Positions 39,923 to 48,672 of a stretch of 64,000 nucleotides of DNA are shown here, one piece after another; within the stretch, counting starts at the first letter, position 1; each line of letters opens with the position of its first letter. Under the pieces are notes generated by a model. The model did no database searches. It was not told the DNA's origin and saw only the letters and a list, made by a program, of their open reading frames with translations. Source of the DNA: Bacteroidota bacterium. GTDB lineage: Bacteria; Bacteroidota; Ignavibacteria; UBA10030; UBA8401. A program made the position numbers and the translations under genes. Where the stretch lies: positions 12,018-76,017 of the forward strand of contig JAUXTU010000047.1 in the NCBI GenBank assembly GCA_030679145.1, given 5' to 3'.

Positions 39923-40840
39923 CTACGTATCTAAAAGATCGATCAATCGTTCAAGGTCATCTGGATTATAAAACTCAATCCCAATTTCACCGCCGCCTGC
40001 AGCATTTTTACTGATGGTGATCTTCGTTCCAAATTTATGACGAAGACGTGTTTCAATTTGATTGAACGCTGCATTTCCTCGCAATGTTGGGGAATGTGAT
40101 GAAGAAGTTTTACCCGACTTTTTGGAATCTCTTCCTTTTATTTCATCTTCAATTTTACGAACAGACCAACCCTTTTCAATGATCTTATTGAATAATTTCA
40201 ACTGGGTCTTCTCATCAACCGCACCAAGCAATGCTCTGGCATGGCCCATCGAGAGTTTATTTTCCCGAACACTTTGACGAATTTTTTCAGGAAGTTTCAA
40301 CAGCCGCAAAAAGTTTGTAATGGTTGAACGTTCTTTGCCGACTTTTTCTGCAACTTGGTCCTGTGTTAACTTACACTCTTCCATCAATCGTTTAAATGAA
40401 AGAGAAATTTCTATCGGATTGAGATTCTCTCGCTGAAGATTTTCGATCAATCCTAATTCGAGCATCTCCGCGTCACTTTCAACCTGCATCACATACGCTG
40501 GGATTGTCTTTAATCCAAGTTCCTGCGATGCACGAACACGACGTTCGCCTGATATCAATTCATAGATGCCGGACATCATACGGCGAACAGCGATCGGTTG
40601 GATAATTCCGTTCTGTTTGATCGATTGTTTCAGCTCCTCGAGCGAACGCTGATCAAAATCCTGTCGAGGCTGGAACGGATTGGGAGAGATCCTCGAAATT
40701 TCAATTTCAGCTGTTGAGGTTCCTGAATTCTCATCTCGCGGCAACGGTTTTAATGTTGATTGCTCATCCCGTTCAGGAATGCGCGGTATAAGTGCGCTTA
40801 ATCCCTTGCCCAATACTGATTTTGATTTGAAATCTGACAT
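39923..40840 (-). CDS. parB: Chromosome partitioning protein ParB (Spo0J)
   Basis: GLSALIP, IQPIAVR, ELIENLQRENLNPIE, HTH. Confidence 0.9.
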   Translation of the reverse strand: MSDFKSKSVLGKGLSALIPRIPERDEQSTLKPLPRDENSGTSTAEIEISRISPNPFQPRQDFDQRSLEELKQSIKQNGIIQPIAVRRMMSGIYELISGERRVRASQELGLKTIPAYVMQVESDAEMLELGLIENLQRENLNPIEISLSFKRLMEECKLTQDQVAEKVGKERSTITNFLRLLKLPEKIRQSVRENKLSMGHARALLGAVDEKTQLKLFNKIIEKGWSVRKIEDEIKGRDSKKSGKTSSSHSPTLRGNAAFNQIETRLRHKFGTKITISKNAAGGGEIGIEFYNPDDLERLIDLLDT

Positions 40841-40866
40841 AGGATATTTAGTGATGTTTAATTTTT

Positions 40867-41685
40867 CTACAGTGACTTTGCAACTGGCTTCAAAGATGAA
40901 TCTCTATGAGACGCATGATGATTCTGTGAATTTTTCATCACTTCTTTTGCAAGATCGATATAATTCTTACTACCCGAAGAAACTGCATCATATAACAGAA
41001 TAGGTTTTCCAAAACTTGGAGCTTCACTCAATCGCACATTACGAGTGACAATCACAGAGAATACTTTCTCACCGAAATATTTTTTCACTTCATCAACAAT
41101 CTGGTTCGATAATCGCAAGCGGGAATCGAACATTGTCATCAACACACCTTCTATATCAAGCGATGAATTGAATGATTTTTTTACTCCATTGATGGTATTC
41201 AGCAGTTGACCAAGACCTTCCAGGGCGTAATATTCGCATTGCACAGGAATAAGAACCGAATCTGCAGCGGTCAGCGCATTTAATGTGATCAAGCTTAATG
41301 ATGGAGGACAATCTATAACAACATAGTCAAATTTCTTACGGATGGAAACCAGTGCATTACGTAATTTGTGCTCTCGATTTTCTTCATTTACCAATTCAAC
41401 TTCCAGTCCAACCATATTTATATGAGAAGGTATAACAGAAAGGAACGGCATTGATGTTTTGATAACAGCATCTTCAGCAGAGATACTTCCATAGATCACT
41501 TCGTACGCACTTCGATCAAGCGATTTGCTTTCAAAACCAACGCCGCTGGTTGCATTCGCCTGCGGGTCGATATCGATCAACAGCGTTTCCTTCTCAGCAG
41601 CAGCTAAAGAGGCAGCAAGATTCACTGCGGTAGTGGTTTTCCCGACACCACCCTTTTGATTTGCTATGGCTATTACTTTTCCCAT
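40867..41685 (-). CDS. parA: Chromosome partitioning ATPase ParA (Soj)
   Basis: [26 protein letters not shown] deviant Walker A. Confidence 0.9.
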   Translation of the reverse strand: MGKVIAIANQKGGVGKTTTAVNLAASLAAAEKETLLIDIDPQANATSGVGFESKSLDRSAYEVIYGSISAEDAVIKTSMPFLSVIPSHINMVGLEVELVNEENREHKLRNALVSIRKKFDYVVIDCPPSLSLITLNALTAADSVLIPVQCEYYALEGLGQLLNTINGVKKSFNSSLDIEGVLMTMFDSRLRLSNQIVDEVKKYFGEKVFSVIVTRNVRLSEAPSFGKPILLYDAVSSGSKNYIDLAKEVMKNSQNHHASHRDSSLKPVAKSL

Positions 41686-41803
41686 TGATTTAACTGATTA
41701 CTGCTTGCACTCGCTTAAATTTTTCTTATTTTGTATCAAACTGTAACAATATACTTCATTTCAAAAATGGAAGCAATGTATTTGCTTTCAATATCAATGT
41801 CTT

Positions 41804-42193
41804 ATGGAAAAGCTCGTATTTATCGGTTTAGGTGGATTTTTAGGAAGTATTGCACGGTATGGGTTGACATCTCTCGTTCAAACTAAGACAGAAAGCCTTT
41901 TCCCCTATGGAACAATGCTGGTGAACATCCTCGGTTGTTTTATCATTGGTTTATTAATGACTCTCTTTCAAGAACGGATCGTCGTCAGCCAAAATGTCCG
42001 GTTCTTTCTCATTATTGGAATCTTAGGCGGATTCACAACTTTCTCTTCGTTCAGTTATGATACATTTGCAATGATGAAATCCGGAAACTTTTTTGGTGCA
42101 GGATTAAATACCGGCGTAAGTCTCTTTGGATGTCTTATTGCAACGTGGGCAGGTTTTTATGCAGGAGAGATCTTTAGTTCAAACAAATTTTGA
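41804..42193 (+). CDS. crcB: Fluoride ion channel CrcB/FluC
   Basis: 129 aa. GLGGFLGSIARY...GGFTTFSSFSYD. Confidence 0.88.
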   Translation: MEKLVFIGLGGFLGSIARYGLTSLVQTKTESLFPYGTMLVNILGCFIIGLLMTLFQERIVVSQNVRFFLIIGILGGFTTFSSFSYDTFAMMKSGNFFGAGLNTGVSLFGCLIATWAGFYAGEIFSSNKF

Positions 42194-43111
42194 ATTTTCT
42201 GAAAATCGGTATCCTCGTAAAAACTCTTCTGCACTCATTCGTTTCTTCCCCTCTTGCTGAAGTTCAAGAATCTCTATCGAACCATCGGAAGTATTTACAA
42301 TTATTTTGTTTTGAGTAACAACAATACCGCCGACATTAGATTCTGAATTCTGAATTCTGAATTCTGAATTCTTCGAACGAAATATCTTGATCTGTTTATC
42401 ATCATGAACTGTCCACGCTGCAGGATACGGTGAAAGTCCGCGTACAAAATTATGAATCGAATCGGTGTTTTGCTTCCAGTTGATTCGGCAAGTTTCTTTA
42501 AAGATTTTTGGTGCAGGGGATGATAGTGTATTATCCTGCTGTTGTGGATTTACTTTCCCGCTTTCGATCAAACGAACTGTTTCCAACACTGCATTTGCAC
42601 CAATTTCAGAAAGTGCATCGTGTAATTCCCCCGCGTTCATTTCATCCGAAATCGGAATCCGTTTCTGCAGAATGATATTCCCTGTATCAACTTTGTCTTG
42701 TAGAAAGAACGTTGTTACACCCGATTCTTTTTCTCCGTTGATGATCGCCCAGTTGATCGGCGCTGCGCCGCGGTATTTTGGCAGCAGCGAAGCATGAAGA
42801 TTGAACGAACCTTTTGCAGGGATCGTATACACTTCCTTCGGCAAAATTCTAAATGCTACAACAATAAACAAATCCGGTTTGAGATTCGAGATTCGAGAAA
42901 TGAAAGATTCGTCTTTAAGTTGTTCGGGCTGCAAAACTGGAATGGAATGTTTTTGTGCAAATTCTTTTACCGGAGTAAAACTAACTTGTTGTCCTCGGCC
43001 ACGCGGTTTATCGGGCGCAGTAACAATTGCAGAAATTGTGTAGTTGTTCTTTAATAATATATCCAGACTTGGAACAGCAAAATCCGGAGTGCCCATAAAT
43101 ATAATCTTCAT
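42179..43111 (-). CDS. fmt: Methionyl-tRNA formyltransferase. Carries an in-frame (GAATTCA)n tract in the inter-domain linker.
   Basis: MKIIFMGTPDFAVPSL and HASLLPKYRGAAPINWAIINGE. Confidence 0.9.
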   Translation of the reverse strand: MKIIFMGTPDFAVPSLDILLKNNYTISAIVTAPDKPRGRGQQVSFTPVKEFAQKHSIPVLQPEQLKDESFISRISNLKPDLFIVVAFRILPKEVYTIPAKGSFNLHASLLPKYRGAAPINWAIINGEKESGVTTFFLQDKVDTGNIILQKRIPISDEMNAGELHDALSEIGANAVLETVRLIESGKVNPQQQDNTLSSPAPKIFKETCRINWKQNTDSIHNFVRGLSPYPAAWTVHDDKQIKIFRSKNSEFRIQNSESNVGGIVVTQNKIIVNTSDGSIEILELQQEGKKRMSAEEFLRGYRFSENSKFV

Positions 43112-43144
43112 TTACCACCGCAAAAATGCAATGACTTTCAATAT

Positions 43145-43729
43145 TTACAAAACTATTTTTTTACTCTTTGACTTTGATTTCGGTTCGCCCGCAATCACTA
43201 CTTCGTATTGAGTTTCAACATCACCTTTGGATATCTTTTTCAATCTCGACCGCAATAATGTCCGTTTGGTTGAGCTTAAATGATCCAAAAAGAGAACGCC
43301 GTTCAAATGATCGATCTCGTGTAATAAAACTCTCGCCAACATTCCATCAGCTTCTACTTCACAATCATTCATATTGATGTCGTTGTATTTCAATCTGATC
43401 TTTTCTGCCCGCCAGACTTTTTCCCGTACATCAGGAATGCTCAAACATCCCTCTTCCATCTCCCATTCACCCTCTTCATCAACAATTTCCGGATTGATGA
43501 CAACCATCGGCTTTGTTCCTTCACCCACTTCCATATCGGAAATATCCACAACCAATATCTGCTTTAATTCACCAACCTGGTTCGCCGCTAAACCGATACC
43601 GTTGGATTCATGCATTGTTTCAAACATTTCCTTTACCAATTTGATATCTGCATCAGTCACTTCAGTAACTTTTTTTGCCTTTTTCTTCAGGACGTCGTTG
43701 CCGTATAAGTAAATAGGTAATGTTGACAT
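43145..43729 (-). CDS. def: Peptide deformylase with a Lys-rich C-terminal extension
   Basis: GIGLAANQVG, EGCLSIPDV, HEIDHLNG. Confidence 0.9.
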   Translation of the reverse strand: MSTLPIYLYGNDVLKKKAKKVTEVTDADIKLVKEMFETMHESNGIGLAANQVGELKQILVVDISDMEVGEGTKPMVVINPEIVDEEGEWEMEEGCLSIPDVREKVWRAEKIRLKYNDINMNDCEVEADGMLARVLLHEIDHLNGVLFLDHLSSTKRTLLRSRLKKISKGDVETQYEVVIAGEPKSKSKSKKIVL

Positions 43730-43742
43730 AGATAGATCCGAT

Positions 43743-44414
43743 TTATTGAATTATTCTTCTTGCTTCAGTATAGCGCTTTTTATAATACGATGAATACAAT
43801 GATGATAATGTTACACCGAAACTAACGCTCGCATGCGCGAACATATCATCACCGATATAGATTCCAACGTGAGACGGATTCTGTCCCGTTGTGTTAAAAA
43901 AAATCAAATCACCAAATTTCAAATTTTCTTGTGACACCGAGGCTCCAAGTTTCACTTGCGCCTCTGTTGTTCTTGGCAGATCCATTCCTGCGCTTGATTT
44001 AAATATTTCTCTTGAAAATGCTGAGCAATCGATTCCAGATTTCGTTTCTCCACCAAGTTCGTATGGAGTTCCTAACCACGCAAGGATTGCATCCATCATT
44101 TTCTGCTGTTCAAAACTTCCCGATGTTGCAATATCAGATTTTTTAGGTTCAGAACTCTCTTTTGTTTCTTTTTTCGGTGCAGCAGATTTGGTTGATTGTT
44201 TTGCGCTGCTGAATCTTTCACCCACTTTTTTTACGTCAACTTTCTTATCGTCTTCCTTTGTCTCCTCTTCAACAACTTTGGAAGAAAAACGAATATTCCC
44301 TTTTTTGCTCTTCTTCGTCTCTTTTTTTGTGTCTTCGTTTCCGGCAAAACGAGGGGAAGATGATCCGCATCCAAAAAGAAATATTACAACAATTGAGCAA
44401 AATATGATTTTCAT
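43743..44414 (-). CDS. NlpC/P60 (C40) cell-wall peptidase lipoprotein
   Basis: Lipobox LFGCGSS. Catalytic Cys/His context SGIDCSAFSREIF...HVGIYIGD. Confidence 0.8.
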   Translation of the reverse strand: MKIIFCSIVVIFLFGCGSSSPRFAGNEDTKKETKKSKKGNIRFSSKVVEEETKEDDKKVDVKKVGERFSSAKQSTKSAAPKKETKESSEPKKSDIATSGSFEQQKMMDAILAWLGTPYELGGETKSGIDCSAFSREIFKSSAGMDLPRTTEAQVKLGASVSQENLKFGDLIFFNTTGQNPSHVGIYIGDDMFAHASVSFGVTLSSLYSSYYKKRYTEARRIIQ

Positions 44415-44499
44415 TAAAACAAATTTAAGAAAATTATTTGAACTAAAAAATTAAAAGACGCTAATTTCACTGGAAGCTTTGACACACAATTTCTTATAA

Positions 44500-45573
44500 T
44501 TATCTACCATGATAAATAACTCCATTTTCTGTGTCACAAATAAAAACCTCATTACCATCCGTCCAAACTCCCCAAAAGAGTGCAAAAGAATCAACAGTAT
44601 GATTTGGAATATCAATGAAAATCTGCTTCCAATCGGTACCGTTGTAATGGTAAACAAGATTCCACTGACCAACGGCGAAAATATTCTTTGAAGATTGAAT
44701 CATTTTTTCAGCAAAGAATGTTGGTGTGTTAAATTCTTTGTGCCAAGACATCGGATCAATATTACCATTCAGGGTTATCGTTGCAGATATTAGTCCATTA
44801 GCAAACGAATTCAGACTATAATTGGTTGCCCAGAAGAGTCCAGCAAACTTCAATTCCGCATCAGTAGTTTTATCTATAAGCTTAAAATTACTTCCATCAA
44901 ACATATATGCAAGTTGTATATTCTTTCCCCACGGGCTATATGCATTTAAGTAAATATATTTATCATTCACAGCTATTGATCCAACAGTAATACTATCTGC
45001 TATTTTAAAATTTTTCCATTGACTACCATCATAATGTAAAGCGTACTCATATCCACCAACCCAAATATTATTTTTGGTAATTCCATAAACGTTATATAAA
45101 TGCCCAGCAATTGCCTGCACGTTGGACGGGGTAACGTCTAACCATACATTTCCATCATAGTGCATTATAAATGCACTAAGAACATTCTGTTTTATTTTCC
45201 TTCCAAATGCCCACACATTGTTTTTCTCCGTTCCCCATACTGCATACACAACTTTATTTCCTGTGTTTTCAGTGATTGGAGTACCCGCTGTTGCTCTTGT
45301 CCATTTAGTGCCGTCAAAATGCCACAAACAATCTCGAACATCTGCTGCATCTCCTGTAGCACCCCAAATGTCTGCTGAGGAACTTCCCCATATAGACTCC
45401 AATTGAATTTTACTGGGAAGATTACCGTATTCAACGCTGTCGATGGACCAGATATAATCCCGTCTTCCTGGTTTAGTATCATCTATCGTGGATACAGGAT
45501 CTTTATTACAATCAATCATCAAAAGAGAAAGAATGGAGAGGATAATTAGTGCTATGGATATTCGAGTTCTCAT
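44500..45573 (-). CDS. Hypothetical beta-propeller lipoprotein
   Basis: Lipobox LLMIDC. Repeated VWAFG/IWVGG/IFAVGQ-type blades. Confidence 0.4.
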   Translation of the reverse strand: MRTRISIALIILSILSLLMIDCNKDPVSTIDDTKPGRRDYIWSIDSVEYGNLPSKIQLESIWGSSSADIWGATGDAADVRDCLWHFDGTKWTRATAGTPITENTGNKVVYAVWGTEKNNVWAFGRKIKQNVLSAFIMHYDGNVWLDVTPSNVQAIAGHLYNVYGITKNNIWVGGYEYALHYDGSQWKNFKIADSITVGSIAVNDKYIYLNAYSPWGKNIQLAYMFDGSNFKLIDKTTDAELKFAGLFWATNYSLNSFANGLISATITLNGNIDPMSWHKEFNTPTFFAEKMIQSSKNIFAVGQWNLVYHYNGTDWKQIFIDIPNHTVDSFALFWGVWTDGNEVFICDTENGVIYHGR

Positions 45574-45626
45574 AACCCAAACTTTTTGTTAAATACTATG
45601 ATTTTAAAAGTCAATGTAGAAAAAAT

Positions 45627-45658
45627 AAAAACCCTTCGAATATATCGAAGGGTTTTTA
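45627..45658 (-). terminator. Rho-independent terminator (AAAACCCTTCGAA-TATAT-CGAAGGGTTTTT) downstream of rpoD. Symmetrical A/T flanks.
   Basis: Seen in sequence. Confidence 0.75.
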
Positions 45659-45689
45659 AGCATGTTCGAATTACATAAAAAATAGTTTA

Positions 45690-46547
45690 TTATCCGAGAT
45701 ACGAACGTAAATTTTTACTGCGCGATGCATGACGCAGCCGACGGATTGCTTTTTCTTTGATCTGACGAACACGTTCACGGGTAAGGTTAAACTTCTCGCC
45801 GATCTCTTCCAACGTTAACGAATGTTCTTTATGCAATCCAAAATACAAGCGGATCACTTCAGATTCACGTTCACTTAACGTAGCAAGTGCGCGTTTCACT
45901 TCTTCTTTCAATGATTCATCCATTAAGATAGAATCAGGCGCAGGTTGACGCTCATCCTGAATAACATCGAGCAGGCGATTGTCTTCTCCCTGAGCAAACG
46001 GCGCATCAACCGATAGATGCCGCCCAGAAATTTTGAGTGTGTCTGCAACTTCGAACACGGACATATCAAGTTCTTCCGCAAGTTCGCTCGCGCTCGGTTC
46101 GCGTTCAAATTCCTGTTCAAGCTGGCTGAATGCTTTACCGATCTTGTTCAACGCACCGACTCGGTTCAATGGAAGACGAACGATACGAGACTGCTCTGCA
46201 AGTGCCTGAAGGATCGATTGACGGATCCACCATACTGCGTATGAAATAAATTTGAATCCGCGCGTTTCATCAAACCGTTTTGCAGCTTTTATTAAACCAA
46301 GATTTCCTTCGTTGATAAGATCACCAAGCGATAATCCCTGGTTCTGATATTGTTTTGCAACGCTCACAACGAAACGCAAGTTAGCTTTCGTCAATTTCTC
46401 CAATGCACGCTGTTCACCCTTTTTGATCCGCTTTGCAAGATCGATTTCCTCATCGGGAGTCAACAGATCAACTTTACCGATCTCCTGCAGATATTTATCG
46501 AGTGATTGGCTCTCTCTGTTCGTATACTGTTTTGTAATTTTAACCAT
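45690..46547 (-). CDS. rpoD: Primary-like sigma-70 factor (compact Bacteroidota-type RpoD lacking region 1.1)
   Basis: Regions 2-4 ([35 protein letters not shown], and the region 4.2 [31 protein letters not shown]). 285 aa. Confidence 0.8.
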   Translation of the reverse strand: MVKITKQYTNRESQSLDKYLQEIGKVDLLTPDEEIDLAKRIKKGEQRALEKLTKANLRFVVSVAKQYQNQGLSLGDLINEGNLGLIKAAKRFDETRGFKFISYAVWWIRQSILQALAEQSRIVRLPLNRVGALNKIGKAFSQLEQEFEREPSASELAEELDMSVFEVADTLKISGRHLSVDAPFAQGEDNRLLDVIQDERQPAPDSILMDESLKEEVKRALATLSERESEVIRLYFGLHKEHSLTLEEIGEKFNLTRERVRQIKEKAIRRLRHASRSKNLRSYLG

Positions 46548-46589
46548 TAACGCTTCACCTTAATTGTATTCATTTATTAACTAAAAATT

Positions 46590-46802
46590 TCAGCAACACT
46601 CTTTTGATTCTTGTTTTGGAGGACATTTTTCACTTCCGTAACTACAAAACACACAGCAATCACCTGATTGTGGTTTTAGCATCGTTTTGCAATTAGAGCA
46701 CTCATAATAAAACTGACAAGAGTCAATTGCCATTGTTTCTTCTTTTTGAAATCCGCACTTCGGACAAGTAATCGTCGATTGAAGAATAAGTGTCGTCATC
46801 AT
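46590..46802 (-). CDS. Cys-rich mini-protein (12 Cys in 70 aa: zinc-ribbon CPKCG...CSNC plus GDCCVFC...CPP...ECC). Translationally coupled to the upstream PIN-like gene.
   Basis: ATGA overlap with the upstream gene at 46799..46802. Cys spacing read from the translation. Confidence 0.45.
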   Translation of the reverse strand: MMTTLILQSTITCPKCGFQKEETMAIDSCQFYYECSNCKTMLKPQSGDCCVFCSYGSEKCPPKQESKECC

Positions 46803-47188
46803 AGCTTCGCAATATCTTTTATTGAGTAAACTTTTAGCTTACTGATCCCTAAAAATCGCTTGGAATTCAATGTTATGATCGGCAGTTTACTTTCGATACA
46901 AACCCCAGCGATCAATGCAGAGAATTCGTTCTTACCAGACGAAACAACCGCTGCTATATTCTTTGCACTTTTCGAGTTTACTCCAAGCACTTTCAAAGCA
47001 CTCATTGCGTCATCTACTGCCTGCGTCTCTTTTAGACTCTTTGAAACAGAAAAAAGTTCAATCGCATTGAAAACGGTTGTGTAACAGAAGTATTCTTTTG
47101 ACAATGTTCTCAGAATTGACTGAGCATTCGTTGTTGTAAGATGTTCAGCAATAATGCTTGAATCTACGACAATTTTCTTCATTATCAC
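46799..47188 (-). CDS. PIN-like domain protein (VapC-like, partly degenerate acidic tetrad)
   Basis: KKIVVDSSIIAEHL (Asp1), NAIELF (Glu2), SALIAGVCIESKLPIITLNSKRF (third and fourth acidic positions read as E and N). Confidence 0.5.
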   Translation of the reverse strand: MIMKKIVVDSSIIAEHLTTTNAQSILRTLSKEYFCYTTVFNAIELFSVSKSLKETQAVDDAMSALKVLGVNSKSAKNIAAVVSSGKNEFSALIAGVCIESKLPIITLNSKRFLGISKLKVYSIKDIAKL

Positions 47189-47484
47189 GCAAACGCTCGC
47201 TTCATTCGTTCCGCAAAGCTTTTATTTTTGCTTAATGTACCTTGAGAAGCCAGAAATGTCATAACGTGTTGACGGTCTTCCAACTGCGTCTTACCGATCT
47301 GCTCGATTTCTGCTTCCGTAACATTCAATTTCGTCAATTGTTTTGACATGACACCGCCAAAAATATTGACCGTTACTTTTTCACCGGCTTTCAATTCAAG
47401 ATCGAACACCGGTTTTGAGAAAGAGATTTTTCCGTCTTTATCAACTTCAGCTTCAAACTGAATACTGTGCTTTGCTTTTTCCAT
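47185..47484 (-). CDS. SpoVT/AbrB-like swapped-hairpin small protein (antitoxin-like)
   Basis: DGKISFSKPVFDLELKAGEKVTVNIFGG resembles the AbrB/MazE looped-hinge motif. ATGA overlap with the PIN-like gene at 47185..47188. 3-nt gap to the deoB stop. Confidence 0.45.
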   Translation of the reverse strand: MEKAKHSIQFEAEVDKDGKISFSKPVFDLELKAGEKVTVNIFGGVMSKQLTKLNVTEAEIEQIGKTQLEDRQHVMTFLASQGTLSKNKSFAERMKRAFA

Positions 47485-47487
47485 CTC

Positions 47488-48672
47488 TTAGATTACTTGA
47501 GGTAAGAAACTTGTGCCGCTTAATTCTTTTCCTTCAAATCCAAAATAGTCAACAACTGTTTTTCCAAGATCAGCGAATGTATTACGAATTCCTATATTCA
47601 CATTCTTTTTTCCGTTTGGAGAATATACGATCAGCGGAACATACTCACGTGAATGATCAGTACTGTTGTCTGTCGGATCGTTGCCATGATCTGCTGTGAG
47701 AATAAGAATATCGTCATCTCTTAACGTTTCGATAATTCTCGGAAGCTGAACGTCAAAATATTCCAATGCATCTTTCATTCCTTTCGGGTCCTGGCGGTGA
47801 CCGAACAGCGCATCAAAATCGACAAGGTTCGTGAAAATAAAACCTCTCTTTGTTTTTTTCGCCGAAGCGATCGTCTCATCAATTCCCTCAGCATTCGATT
47901 TCGTATGGATCTTTTCGCTCAAACTTTTTCCGGCAAACAGATCATCAATCTTGCCGATGGCAATCGTCGGAATTTTATTCTCAAATAAGATATCGAGCAT
48001 TGTTGTGCTCGGTGGAAATAACGAAAAATCTCTCCGATTAGTTGTCCGCTTATAATTCCCTTTTGTACCGATGAAAGGTCGGGCGATCACCCGACCAACC
48101 GCATGCTTTTCGATCATTACTTGATTGCGGGCAATAGTGCACAGTTCATACAATCGGTCAAGCGGGATCACATTTTCATTCGTCGCAATTTGAAGTACAG
48201 AATCTGCCGATGTGTAGACGATCGGATTTCCAGTTCGTTCATGTTCTGCTCCAAGTTGAGCAATTATTTCCGTACCTGAAGCAGCTTTATTTCCGAGAAT
48301 CCCTTTACATCCGGTCAATGCGCAAAATTTTTCAACAACATCCTTCGGAAATCCATTCGGATAATACGGAAAATCTTTTTCTAGAACTATTCCCGACATT
48401 TCCCAATGTCCGGTAGTACTGTCTTTCCCTTTTGAAACTTCCCGCATCTTTCCAAAATTTGCTGAGGCATTTCCATTACTTGGAACACCTTCAATTTTAG
48501 CGATGTTCCCTAATCCAAGCAATGCCATATTTGGCAATTTCAATCCACCCATTTTTGATGCAGTATTACCTAACGTGTTCGCCGCTTCATCGTGATATAT
48601 ATTTGCATCAGGAGCAGCACCAATTCCGACGCCATCTAGAACGATACAGATTATTTTACCATTTCTTTTCAT
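47488..48672 (-). CDS. deoB: Phosphopentomutase
   Basis: 394 aa. N-terminal metal-binding block MKRNGKIICIVLDGVGIG... Alkaline-phosphatase-superfamily core. Confidence 0.8.
   Translation of the reverse strand: MKRNGKIICIVLDGVGIGAAPDANIYHDEAANTLGNTASKMGGLKLPNMALLGLGNIAKIEGVPSNGNASANFGKMREVSKGKDSTTGHWEMSGIVLEKDFPYYPNGFPKDVVEKFCALTGCKGILGNKAASGTEIIAQLGAEHERTGNPIVYTSADSVLQIATNENVIPLDRLYELCTIARNQVMIEKHAVGRVIARPFIGTKGNYKRTTNRRDFSLFPPSTTMLDILFENKIPTIAIGKIDDLFAGKSLSEKIHTKSNAEGIDETIASAKKTKRGFIFTNLVDFDALFGHRQDPKGMKDALEYFDVQLPRIIETLRDDDILILTADHGNDPTDNSTDHSREYVPLIVYSPNGKKNVNIGIRNTFADLGKTVVDYFGFEGKELSGTSFLPQVI

Noticed and set aside
41686-41803. Possible fluoride riboswitch upstream of crcB
   Set aside because: No GGCGATGG...ACCGCC...TGATGATTCC-like crcB-motif core is visible. 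The leader is AT-rich without the conserved pseudoknot elements.
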